Assembly: GCA_012514895.1 (NCBI GenBank)
Contig: JAAYZK010000249.1
Coordinates: 24,217 to 88,216 of the forward strand
Source: Planctomycetota bacterium
GTDB lineage: Bacteria > Planctomycetota > Phycisphaerae > SM23-33 > FEN-1343
Reading direction: 5' to 3'
DNA: 64,000 bases
The notes below the pieces were generated by a model, which saw only the letters and a program-made list of their open reading frames with translations, did not search any database and was not told where the DNA came from. This document shows positions 30,620-39,517 of this stretch, one piece after another. Each line of letters begins with the position of its first letter. The stretch's first letter is position 1. The position numbers were made by a program, and so were the translations under genes.

Positions 30620-32236
30620 ATGATGCCTGACCTGATCCTCGTGAACGGCACCGTCTGGACGGCCAACGGCCAACCGGCGGCCGAGGCGGTCGCCGTGGCG
30701 GGGGGTGTCATCGTCGCCGTGGGGTCCAATGATGACGTCCGCGCCCTGGCCGGGAGGGAGACCCGCGTCATCGACGCCGCGGGACGGCTGGTCCTGCCGG
30801 GGTTCAACGACGCCCACGTTCACCTGATCGGCGGCGGAATGTCGCTGTCGCAACTCGACTTACGAACCGCAGCCGATGAACGCCAGTTCGTCGAGCGGAT
30901 CGCCCGGCACGTCGCCTGCCTGCCCGAGGGGCGGTGGATCACCGGCGGCAACTGGGACCACGAGTCCTGGCCCAGCCGCCGGCGGCCCACGCGGGAACTG
31001 ATCGATCCGGTCACGCCCCGCCACCCGGTCTTCCTGCGGCGGCTGGACGGCCACATCGCCGTCGCCAACAGCCTGGCGCTGAAGGCCGCCGGCGTCACGG
31101 GCGGCACCGCCGACCCGCCCGGCGGACGCATCGAGCGGGACGGCCGGGGCGAACCGACCGGTGTGCTGATCGACCAGGCCATGGCGCTGGTGACCGGCGT
31201 CTGCCCCGCACCCGACGCCGCCGACCTCTACGCCGCCGCCCGACGCGCCCTCCGCCACGCCGCGGCACACGGTGTGACGAGCGTGCAGACCCCCTGCGGC
31301 GCCGGCGATCTCCGCACGCTCCAGGAGGTCCGCCGGCGGGGCGAGCTGGACGTCCGCGTCTACGCCCCGCTGGAGACCGAAGCGATGGAGGGCCTCTGCG
31401 CCGCGGGCGTCGAGATGCCCTTCGGCGACCCGATGCTGCGGATCGGCGGGGTCAAGATCTTCGCCGACGGTTCGCTGGGGGCCGGGTCGGCGTGGCTTAT
31501 CGACCCCTACCCCGGCGGCGGCGACTTCGGCCAGCCCATCCACGACGAGCCGGCGCTGCGCGAAATCGTCCGCCGCGCCGACGCGGCGGGCCTCCAGGCG
31601 GTCATCCACGCCATCGGCGACCGGGCCGTGCGGGCGTGCCTGGACGCCCTCCAGCACGCCGCCGACGCCGGCCGGCGGCGGGGCGCCCGCCACCGCATCG
31701 AGCACGCCCAGCTCGTGGACCCGGCGGACCTGCCGCGCCTGGCGGCCCTGGGCGTCGTAGCGTCGATCCAGCCGTCCCACTGCATCGACGACCTGCGCTG
31801 GGTCGACCGGCGTCTGGGCCCGCGCCGGGCGCTGATGTACCCCTTCCGATCGCTCCTGGACGCCGGCGTCGCCGTCGCCCTGGGCACCGACTGGCCGGTC
31901 GAGCCCCTGGACCCGATGCTCACCCTCTACGCCGCCGTCACCCGCCGGACGGCCGGCGGCGACCCGGCGGGCGGCTGGCACCCGCAGGAGAAGGTCGCCC
32001 TCGCCGACGCCCTGGCCGCCTATACCCTCGGGGCGGCCTGGGCGGAGTTCGAGGACCACCGCAAGGGCTCCATCGAGCCGGGCAGACTGGCCGACATGGT
32101 CATTCTGTCCCGTAATATCCTCGCGGCCCCGCCCCAGGACCTCCTGGACACCCGCGCCGACCTCACCCTCGTCGGCGGCCGCGTTGTCTACGACCGCTTC
32201 GGCGAGGCGCCGTTGGGATGCACCGCTTCCCCTTGA
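30620..32236 (+). CDS. Amidohydrolase-family (YtcJ-like) metal-dependent hydrolase
   Basis: MMPDLILVNGTVWT...IDAAGRLVLPGFNDAHVHL...AVIHAIGDRA...HRIEHAQ motifs. Confidence 0.8.
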   Translation: MMPDLILVNGTVWTANGQPAAEAVAVAGGVIVAVGSNDDVRALAGRETRVIDAAGRLVLPGFNDAHVHLIGGGMSLSQLDLRTAADERQFVERIARHVACLPEGRWITGGNWDHESWPSRRRPTRELIDPVTPRHPVFLRRLDGHIAVANSLALKAAGVTGGTADPPGGRIERDGRGEPTGVLIDQAMALVTGVCPAPDAADLYAAARRALRHAAAHGVTSVQTPCGAGDLRTLQEVRRRGELDVRVYAPLETEAMEGLCAAGVEMPFGDPMLRIGGVKIFADGSLGAGSAWLIDPYPGGGDFGQPIHDEPALREIVRRADAAGLQAVIHAIGDRAVRACLDALQHAADAGRRRGARHRIEHAQLVDPADLPRLAALGVVASIQPSHCIDDLRWVDRRLGPRRALMYPFRSLLDAGVAVALGTDWPVEPLDPMLTLYAAVTRRTAGGDPAGGWHPQEKVALADALAAYTLGAAWAEFEDHRKGSIEPGRLADMVILSRNILAAPPQDLLDTRADLTLVGGRVVYDRFGEAPLGCTASP

Positions 32237-32479
32237 GCAGGAATGCGCTGGACGGGCGCAACTCCTGTCCCGGTGGCGGGGCACGGGGCGGAAAGCTGGA
32301 ACCGGATGCCCTGCCAGGCAGTCCGGTCGAGGGGGGGAATCGGGGTTGCCGGATGTCGGGCCGTGGTACAATGCATCCCGTCTGACCAGCGGGAGTTGCA
32401 GATCGGGGCGTAGGTGCATCCGCCGCGCCGGTTCACGTAGGACGGCACGCTGGGCGGGAGCGAACTGACGATCGCCGGC

Positions 32480-33949
32480 TTGCTGGAAGTGATCGGACCC
32501 GGCGCGGATGTGCTGACGATCGACGCCGCGGGCGCAAGCCGCGTCCTGCGCGTCGCCGCCGGCGCCGACGCCAGCCTGTCGGGCCTGACGATCACCGGCG
32601 GACAGGTCGATGGGCCGGGCGGCGGCGTCCTCAACGAAAGCGCGGCGCTGGCCCTTTGCGACGTCACCATCGTCGGCAACGCCGCCAGCAACCACGGCGG
32701 CGGCGTCTGCAACAGCGGCGGCGACCTGTCGCTGCTCAACGTCCGGATCGCGGGAAACCTCGTCGACGCGGACGCGGTCTCCTGGGGCGGCGGCCTCTAC
32801 AACGACGGCACCCTCACGATCACCGGCGGGACCGTCAGCGGGAACCACATCACCGGCGGCCGCGCCCTGGGGGGCGGAATCCTCAACGAGGGCCTCCTGA
32901 CCCTCACCGGCGCATCGGTCAGCGACAACAGCAGCGAGGGCTCCGCCGGCGGGATCGGCAACCATGGCACGATGACCCTCCTTGCCGCGACCGTCAGCGG
33001 CAACAGCGCCGCCTCCTACTGCGGCGGCGTCGCAAACCAGTTCGGCACGGCCGTCCTGATCAACACCGTCGTAACCGGCAATGCCGCCGCGTTTGACGGC
33101 GGCGGCGTCCGCGCCGTCCGCGGGACGCTCACGCTCACCCACGTGACCGTCGCCGGGAACGCCGCCGGCGGTTCCGGCGGCGGCATCGACACGAGCGATC
33201 AGTCGACCGTGGTGATCAACAACAGCATCGTGGCGATGAACAGCGCCGAGTTCGACCCCGACGTCCGCGGCGCGGTCGCAGGCAGCCACACCCTCATCGG
33301 CATCGACCCCGGGTTCGTCGATCCGGCCGCCGGCGATTATCGCCTGAAACCCGCGAGCATCGCGATCAACGTCGGCGACGGCGCCCTGGCCGTCGACGCC
33401 GGCGGCGCGCCGCTGACCACCGACGGGGATGGCCTGCCCCGTGTGGCGGACGCCGCCGTGGACGTGGGAGCGTTCGAGTATCAAGGCCCGCCCGACCCGG
33501 GCCGCGAGGACCCGTCGCTGAGGGTCACGACACTCCAGGACGCGGTGGATGCCGCCGACGGGCAGACGTCCCTGCGCGAGGCGCTCGCCTGGGCGATGTT
33601 CGACCCCGACCCCTCCACGGTGACCTTCCTGCCGCACCTGGCCGCAGGCACGATCGCGCTGACCGGCGGCCAACTGTGGCTGACCGGCGCGATCGCCATC
33701 GAGGGCCCCGCCGGCGGGTTGACTCTCGACGCGGACGGCGACGTCGACCTGGACGACTTCGCCCTGCTGAAGTGGAACTTCGGAGCGGGCGCCGCCGTCC
33801 CCGCGGCCGCCGGGGCCGTCGATCTGCTGACGGCGACAGCGGTGGAGCCCCTCCGCCCGCATCCGCTTCGCCGGGGGCCCCGCCGCGCTCGGGCCGACGC
33901 CGCCACTCCCTCCGTGTTCGACGTCCTGGCAGCGCGACCGCTGCTGTGA
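32480..33949 (+). CDS. Parallel beta-helix repeat protein with C-terminal dockerin-like repeat; no signal peptide, possibly N-terminally truncated
   Basis: Repeated N-x-A/G-x-x-G-G-G-h units (GGGVLNE, HGGGVCNSGG, WGGGLYNDG, LGGGILNEG, AGGIGNHG, YCGGVANQ, DGGGVRA, SGGGIDT). Tail DADGDVDLDDFALLKWNFG. An in-frame TAG at 32438 leaves only a TTG start at 32480. Confidence 0.55.
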   Translation: MLEVIGPGADVLTIDAAGASRVLRVAAGADASLSGLTITGGQVDGPGGGVLNESAALALCDVTIVGNAASNHGGGVCNSGGDLSLLNVRIAGNLVDADAVSWGGGLYNDGTLTITGGTVSGNHITGGRALGGGILNEGLLTLTGASVSDNSSEGSAGGIGNHGTMTLLAATVSGNSAASYCGGVANQFGTAVLINTVVTGNAAAFDGGGVRAVRGTLTLTHVTVAGNAAGGSGGGIDTSDQSTVVINNSIVAMNSAEFDPDVRGAVAGSHTLIGIDPGFVDPAAGDYRLKPASIAINVGDGALAVDAGGAPLTTDGDGLPRVADAAVDVGAFEYQGPPDPGREDPSLRVTTLQDAVDAADGQTSLREALAWAMFDPDPSTVTFLPHLAAGTIALTGGQLWLTGAIAIEGPAGGLTLDADGDVDLDDFALLKWNFGAGAAVPAAAGAVDLLTATAVEPLRPHPLRRGPRRARADAATPSVFDVLAARPLL

Positions 33950-34018
33950 GGACGTGATCCTGCGACCGTTTTGTCCTCCGTAGCCCGGGCGAAGGAAGGA
34001 GGCCGCGTGCCGGCGGCG

Positions 34019-34909
34019 TCAGTCGGCGAGGAGCGCCTGGAGCGACGGGGGCGGGGTGCGCCCCGAGGGGCTGGCCAGGACGTTCACCGCTCGGCGGTCG
34101 GTGGGGTCCAGGGGGTGGAGGCCGTCCGTGGCGATGTGGTGGAGCGCGTAGCCCCGGTCGGTGAGCCACCGGAGGATCTCCGTCGAGGAACTGCCCATCT
34201 GCCGCAGGTAGGCGTCGGTCAGCTCGAAGATGATCCAAGGCTGTCCGGCGTCGATGCAGCCCCGGGCGCCCTGGAGCACCTGCATCTCGGCCCCCTCCAC
34301 GTCGATCTTGAGCAGCGTGGGCGGGGGAAGGTCCCGCAGCGAATCCGGCCGCGCGCACCGGACGGTGTGCGTGGTCGTGGACGAGCCGTCCAGGGCCCGC
34401 AGCGAGGAGAGGCCGAGGTAGTCCCCGGCGGCGGTGTGGAACTGCGCGGTCCCGTCGTGGTCGCAGACGGCCAGGGGGTGAAGGGTCACGTTGTCGGCGT
34501 TGTTCAGCGCGAGGTTGCGGCGCAGGAGGTCCTGGATGGGCGGGGAGGCTTCGAAAGCGTGAACCTGTCCCGAGCCGGCGGCCGAGCGGATTCGCCGGGC
34601 GCTCAGCAGGCTGAAGAACCCGATGTTGGCGCCGACGTCGAAGACGACGTCGTCCGGCCGGACCAGCGCGTCGAAGACGCGGGCGACGGGCGGCTCGTAT
34701 TCGCCGGCGATGTAGAGATCGCGGCTGACGAAGTCCCGCGGGTCGAGCCACATGCGGATGCCGCGCCGAAGGCGGACGACGCCGGGGGCCAGCCGGCTGA
34801 CGGCCTCGTGCCGCGCGTCGATCCACCGCAGCAGGCGCCATCGGCCCGGAAGCCACGCCAGACGCCGTGCCGCCCAACACGCTGATCTGACGAGCGTGCG
34901 ATGTACCAT
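34019..34909 (-). CDS. FkbM-family methyltransferase
   Basis: VFDVGANIGFFS (SAM-binding motif I), VHAFEASP, LLKIDVEGAEMQVLQGA. ATG 34909 is in frame within track ORF 34019..35086. Confidence 0.8.
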   Translation of the reverse strand: MVHRTLVRSACWAARRLAWLPGRWRLLRWIDARHEAVSRLAPGVVRLRRGIRMWLDPRDFVSRDLYIAGEYEPPVARVFDALVRPDDVVFDVGANIGFFSLLSARRIRSAAGSGQVHAFEASPPIQDLLRRNLALNNADNVTLHPLAVCDHDGTAQFHTAAGDYLGLSSLRALDGSSTTTHTVRCARPDSLRDLPPPTLLKIDVEGAEMQVLQGARGCIDAGQPWIIFELTDAYLRQMGSSSTEILRWLTDRGYALHHIATDGLHPLDPTDRRAVNVLASPSGRTPPPSLQALLAD

Positions 34910-35103
34910 GGTTCCGACCCTGCCGCCAGCGGCGCGCCCGCGAACGCCGCCGCGCCCGCGCACGGCCGGCCGCTCACCGATCCTGGCGTACCATAGGGAC
35001 TCACCCGGCACGCGCCAACGGAATTCCCCTTGATGCGGTCCGCTCTTGACGCCGCCGCCGCCGCGCGGACCATGGGGGGCGGCCACCGCTTGAGGAGAAC
35101 ACG

Positions 35104-37083
35104 ATGCCCGAGTTGACCGCCGACCGTACCGCCGTTCAGTGGACCGCCGCCGGCGCCGAGGGAGACGTGCTGCACTTCCGCCTGACCCGTCTGCTGGGCG
35201 GCGCCTGGCGGCTCCAGGCGGCCGTCGAGGCGGCGCAGCTCGACGCCCCCGGGGCCGCCCAACAGCTCGCCGAGGCGCTGGACCGGCCCCTGGACGAGGC
35301 GCCCGCGTTTCTCGAATTGGGACCCGGCCCGTCCGTCCGCGCCGGCGGCGGGGCCGTCCGGATCGGCGGGCGGGACATCGCCTTCGAGCAGGCCGGCCGG
35401 CGCGTCGTCCTGGACGGCGTGGACCGGCGCGGCGGGGCGTGGCACGCCGGCGGGCCGCTGGAGCCCTCCGAGCGGCTGTGGGGGACCGGCGAGCGCTTCA
35501 ACGCCCTGGACCAGCGGGGCCGGGACGTGACGATCTGGGCGGAGGACCGCTGGCTGGCGACCGAGGGCAACAGCTACGTGCCCATCCCCTTCCTCCTGTC
35601 CAGCCGCGGGTACGGCCTGCTGGTCAACCGCTACGAGAAGATGCGCCTGGACCTGGGGGCCGGCGGCGCCGACCGCTGGGCGCTGCGGGACCTGCGGGCG
35701 CCGCTGGACCTGTACGTGTTCCTCGCGCCGACCCCGCGGGAGATCCTCGCCGACCTCACCGCCCTGTGCGGCCGTCCGCCCATGCCGCCGGACTGGGCCT
35801 TCGGCATGCTCGTCAGCCGCCACGGCAGGACGAAGGAGTTTGCGTCGGCCGAGGGCGTCCTGGCGATGGCGGACACGATGGACCGCCTCGACCTGCCCTG
35901 GTCGGGGGCGATCATCGAGGGCTGGCCCACCTACGCCCGCGACCGCTACGGCGAGCTGAAGCGCCTGGTCGACGCGCTGCACGCGCGCGGCAAGACCGTC
36001 CTGGTCTACGAGGCCTGCGGGCGGGTGCGGGACAAGCTCACCGACGAGCTGCCGGACATGGAGCGGTTCCTCGTGCGGGACCGCGCCGGCCGCACGGACC
36101 TGCGGGAGTCGGAGCACTACAACCCCGCCGACGCGCCCGACCGCAGGACCAGCCGCTTCATCGACATCACCTCCCCCCAGGCCCGGCGCGCCTGGGAGGA
36201 GAAGGTCTGGAGGCCGCTGCTGGCCGAGGTGGGCGTCGACGGGGCCAAGATCGACTTCTGCGAGCAGTTCCCCGAGGACGACGGCCTTCAGTTCGCCGAC
36301 GGGCGCTCGGCGGCGGGGATGCACCACCTGTTCCCGACGGTCTACAACGCCATGATGCACACGATGTTCCAGCGCTGCCGCCCGGCCGGCGGCCTGTGCT
36401 GGAGCCGCGGGGGCGGCATCGGGGCGGGGCGCTATCCCTTCCTGTGGTGCGGGGACCAGAGACGCGAGTTCGGCGGCCTGCGGGCCATGCTGCTGGCGGC
36501 CCTGACGGCCGGCGTGTCCGGCGTGCCCTTCATGGGCCACGACATGGCCGGCTATGTGCCGGCCCGCGAGGGGCAGGGCGATCCCGAGGCCGAGGTCTTT
36601 GTCCGCGGCACGCAGATGGCGGCGTTCTGGCCCATGATGAGCACGCACGGCACGGTGACGCGGCCGTACGATTTCGACGTGCCGATCGTGGAGCTTTACC
36701 GGCGGTGGACGAAGATCCATTACGCGCTGCTGCCCTACATCCGCGAGCAGGCGGCGGCGTGCTGCCGCACCGGCATGCCCTTCGTGCGGGCCTTGTGCCT
36801 GGCGTTCGCGGACGATCCGGCCGCCTGCGCCGTCGAGGACCAGTTCCTCATGGGCGACGACCTGCTGGTCGCCCCGGTCCTGGGGCGGGCGGAGAGCCGT
36901 CCGGTGGTCCTGCCCGCCGGCGCGTGGCGCGACGTCAACAGCGGCGCGGTGATCGAAGGGCCTGTTCGGCTGGAGGCCTGTCCGGCGCCGCTGGAGACGA
37001 TTCCGTTCTTCGCCGCCGAAAAGCCCTCCTCGCCTGTGCTGGAGGAGTGTCTGACGGAGGTGCGCCGGCTGCTGGGCGGATGA
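35104..37083 (+). CDS. Glycoside hydrolase family 31 (alpha-glucosidase/alpha-xylosidase-like)
   Basis: GTGERFNALDQRG...YVPIPFLLSSRGYGLLVN, VDGAKIDFCEQFPED (YicI-type KTDFGE nucleophile region), FLWCGDQ, PFMGHDMAGY. Confidence 0.7.
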   Translation: MPELTADRTAVQWTAAGAEGDVLHFRLTRLLGGAWRLQAAVEAAQLDAPGAAQQLAEALDRPLDEAPAFLELGPGPSVRAGGGAVRIGGRDIAFEQAGRRVVLDGVDRRGGAWHAGGPLEPSERLWGTGERFNALDQRGRDVTIWAEDRWLATEGNSYVPIPFLLSSRGYGLLVNRYEKMRLDLGAGGADRWALRDLRAPLDLYVFLAPTPREILADLTALCGRPPMPPDWAFGMLVSRHGRTKEFASAEGVLAMADTMDRLDLPWSGAIIEGWPTYARDRYGELKRLVDALHARGKTVLVYEACGRVRDKLTDELPDMERFLVRDRAGRTDLRESEHYNPADAPDRRTSRFIDITSPQARRAWEEKVWRPLLAEVGVDGAKIDFCEQFPEDDGLQFADGRSAAGMHHLFPTVYNAMMHTMFQRCRPAGGLCWSRGGGIGAGRYPFLWCGDQRREFGGLRAMLLAALTAGVSGVPFMGHDMAGYVPAREGQGDPEAEVFVRGTQMAAFWPMMSTHGTVTRPYDFDVPIVELYRRWTKIHYALLPYIREQAAACCRTGMPFVRALCLAFADDPAACAVEDQFLMGDDLLVAPVLGRAESRPVVLPAGAWRDVNSGAVIEGPVRLEACPAPLETIPFFAAEKPSSPVLEECLTEVRRLLGG

Positions 37084-37113
37084 TGGAACCGCCGGAAGGT
37101 CCGCGGCCTGCCG

Positions 37114-38319
37114 TCAAGTGTGGTAGTCCGCGTTGATCGCGACGTACTCGCGCGACAGGTCGCACGTCAGGGCGGTGAAGCGGCCCTTGCCCAGGGCGAG
37201 GTTCAGGTCGATCTCGACGGTGTCGCCGGCCATGTGGGCTTCGGCGGCGGCGGTGTCGTAGGGGCAACTCGTGCCGCGGCGCATGACGGTGACGGGGCCA
37301 ATCTTGCAGGTGGCGCGGTCCTGGTCGACGGCGGCGCCGCTTTTGCCGGCGGCCATGAGGACGCGGCCCCAGTTGGGGTCGCCGCCGTGGACGGCGCACT
37401 TCATCAGCGGGCTGTTGGCGATGGCCTTGGCGGCGGTGCGGGCGTCGGCGTCTGTCCGGGCGCCGCGGACGGTGACGCGGAGCAGCTTGGTGGCCCCCTC
37501 GCCGTCGCGGGCGATCATCTCGGCCAGGGCGGCGCAAACTTCGGTCAGCAGCCTGGCGAACTTCGCCAGGTCGGCCCCGCCGGCGATCGCGGCGTTGCCC
37601 GCGGCGCCGGAGGCCATCACGATGACGGTGTCGGAGGTGCTCGTGTCGCTGTCGATCGTGACGGCGTTGAACGTCGGCTCGACGGCGGCCTTGAGCGCCC
37701 CTCCGAGGGCGGCGGGGCGGAGGGCGGCGTCGGTCGTGATGAAGCTCAGCATCGTCGCCAGCGACGGGGCGATCATCCCGGCGCCCTTGGCGATGCCGGC
37801 GACGGTGACGAGCTTGCCGCCGATCCGCCCCTGGACAACGGCCGACTTGGGGCGGGTGTCGGTGGTCATGATCGCGGCGGCGACGGCGGCGTCATTGCCC
37901 GCCGAGAGCCCTCCGGCCGCGGCGGCGATGCCCTGGCGGACCTTGTCCATGGGCATCGGGTGGCCGATGATGCCCGTCGAGCAGACCAGCACCTCTTCGG
38001 CCGTCCCGCCGAGGAAGCCCGCGGTCATGGACGCCATGGCCGCCGCGTCGCGGTCCCCGCGCTTGCCGTTGCAGACGTTGGAGTTGCCGGCGTTGACCAC
38101 CACGCCGCGGATCCTGCCGTAGCCCCTGGGCAGGACGGAGCGGCACCAGCGGACCGGGGCGCCGACGACCTGGTTGCGGGTGGTGACGACCGCGGCGGGG
38201 ACGGGGCCGTCGCCGGCGGCGATGATGGCCAGGTCCTCCCGCTGGGTCGATTTGAGCCCGCAGCGGACGGCGCCGGCGACAAAACCGGCCGGAAGCGTGA
38301 TGTGGCGTGCGTGGGTCAT
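37114..38319 (-). CDS. argJ: Bifunctional glutamate N-acetyltransferase / amino-acid acetyltransferase ArgJ
   Basis: ITLPAGFVAGAVRCGLK...VVNAGNSNVCNG...MIAPSLATMLSFITTDA (autoprocessing ATML site)...ADYHT C-terminus. ATG 38319 has AGGAGA upstream. Confidence 0.9.
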   Translation of the reverse strand: MTHARHITLPAGFVAGAVRCGLKSTQREDLAIIAAGDGPVPAAVVTTRNQVVGAPVRWCRSVLPRGYGRIRGVVVNAGNSNVCNGKRGDRDAAAMASMTAGFLGGTAEEVLVCSTGIIGHPMPMDKVRQGIAAAAGGLSAGNDAAVAAAIMTTDTRPKSAVVQGRIGGKLVTVAGIAKGAGMIAPSLATMLSFITTDAALRPAALGGALKAAVEPTFNAVTIDSDTSTSDTVIVMASGAAGNAAIAGGADLAKFARLLTEVCAALAEMIARDGEGATKLLRVTVRGARTDADARTAAKAIANSPLMKCAVHGGDPNWGRVLMAAGKSGAAVDQDRATCKIGPVTVMRRGTSCPYDTAAAEAHMAGDTVEIDLNLALGKGRFTALTCDLSREYVAINADYHT

Positions 38320-38343
38320 GGTGTCTCCTGGACGCCGGTGCAT

Positions 38344-38380
38344 GAAAACGGCCCCGACGCCCGCGGCAGTCGGAGCCGTT
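38344..38380 (-). terminator. Putative rho-independent terminator or attenuator between rpsI and argJ
   Basis: On the minus strand, a 12-bp stem AACGGCUCCGAC / GUCGGGGCCGUU (38380-38369 pairing with 38358-38347) with a 10-nt loop, followed by UUUU. Confidence 0.5.
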
Positions 38381-38407
38381 CGTTCTGTACTGGAGGTATC
38401 CGACCGC

Positions 38408-38842
38408 TTAGCGCTTGGAGAACTGGAAGCTCCTGCGGGCGCCGCGGCGGCCGTATTTCTTCCGCTCGACCTTGCGGGCGTCTCGGGTGAGCAGCCCCTG
38501 GTCGCGCAGGGTGGACTCGGCCTCGGGCATGGCTTTGACCAGCGCCCGGGCGAGCCCCAGCTTGACGGCGCCGGCCTGGCCGGTGGTGCCGCCGCCGTTG
38601 AGGTTGACGAACACGTCCCAGCGGCCGGCGCTCTCGGTCACCGTCAGGGCCGCCCGGGCCGCCTCGCGGTCGGGGATCAGCTTGAAATACTCATCCAGCT
38701 CGCGCTTGTTGATGATGAACTTGCCGCTGCCGGGCCGGACGCGCACCCGGGCGACGGCGCTCTTGCGCCGGCCGACGCCCCAGATGAAGGGGTTGACCAG
38801 GGTCGTGGAGGGGGTCGCGGGGGCCGCTACCGTATCAGCCAT
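38408..38842 (-). CDS. rpsI: 30S ribosomal protein S9
   Basis: GVGRRKSAVARVRV...NGGGTTGQAGAVKLGLARAL...RKKYGRRGARRSFQFSKR. Confidence 0.97.
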   Translation of the reverse strand: MADTVAAPATPSTTLVNPFIWGVGRRKSAVARVRVRPGSGKFIINKRELDEYFKLIPDREAARAALTVTESAGRWDVFVNLNGGGTTGQAGAVKLGLARALVKAMPEAESTLRDQGLLTRDARKVERKKYGRRGARRSFQFSKR

Positions 38843-38873
38843 GAATTATTCCTTCTGCAAGTATCGCTTAGCG

Positions 38874-39320
38874 CTAGAGTTCCAGCTTTTCAGGCTGCTG
38901 GGCCTGGTGGGGATGCTCGCTCCCGGCGTAGATCTTGAGCTTCTTGATCATCTGGCGGGCCAGCCGGTTCTTCGGCAGCATCCGCTTGACGGCCAGCTCG
39001 ATGATCTGGTCGGGATGCTTTTCCTGCATCTCGTTGAACGGAAGGACCTTGCGCCCGCTGGGGTAGCGGGTGTACCAGTCGTATTCCATCTGGTCCCGCT
39101 TGGAGCCGGTGACGCGGACCTTCTCGGCGTTGATGACCACGACAAAATCGCCCGTGTCGACGTGGGGCGTGTACTCGGGCCGGTGCTTGCCCATCAGGAT
39201 CGTCGCGAGCCGCACGGCCAGCCGCCCGAGGACCTGGTCGGTCGCATCCACCACGTACCACGAGGGCGTTGTCTGGCCGGGCTTGGCCATGAATGTCTTG
39301 CTTGTTGTCGGCGTTGCCAT
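38874..39320 (-). CDS. rplM: 50S ribosomal protein L13
   Basis: WYVVDATDQVLGRLAVRLATILMGKHRPEYTPHVDTGDFVVVINAEKV...AVKRMLPKNRL...KLKIYAG. Confidence 0.97.
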   Translation of the reverse strand: MATPTTSKTFMAKPGQTTPSWYVVDATDQVLGRLAVRLATILMGKHRPEYTPHVDTGDFVVVINAEKVRVTGSKRDQMEYDWYTRYPSGRKVLPFNEMQEKHPDQIIELAVKRMLPKNRLARQMIKKLKIYAGSEHPHQAQQPEKLEL

Positions 39321-39377
39321 CCGTTACACTTTCTTGCCAGGGTTGTCCGGCGCCTACGATTCGATAAAGAGCCACGT

Positions 39378-39405
39378 ATTATGTCAGAGGCTTTGCTCCT
39401 GTCAA
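39378..39405 (-). promoter_or_regulatory. Candidate sigma70-type promoter of rplM-rpsI (TTGACA-16-CATAAT)
   Basis: On the minus strand, TTGACA (39405-39400), a 16-nt spacer, CATAAT (39383-39378), about 55 nt upstream of the rplM ATG. Confidence 0.5.
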
Positions 39406-39517
39406 GGGCATGGCCAATTTTCTCGACTGGGCATCTTGGGCCCCGGCGAAGGGGCCGTTGCACCGGGCACCCCGGTATTGTAGACAGGGTTCAGATCGCC
39501 ATGCAAGGAAAGACGCC

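Noticed and set aside
26822-33862. Minus-strand ORFs of 1004 aa (26822..29836) and 1000 aa (30860..33862)
   Set aside because: They run antisense across several independent, well-supported + strand genes (PilZ pair, oxidoreductase, ogt, amidohydrolase, beta-helix). A real gene would not tile across unrelated genes in this way.
34603-36720. 705-aa minus-strand ORF and 665-aa shifted + ORF over the GH31 gene
   Set aside because: The GH31 frame has the catalytic-region motifs. The alternatives are low-complexity.
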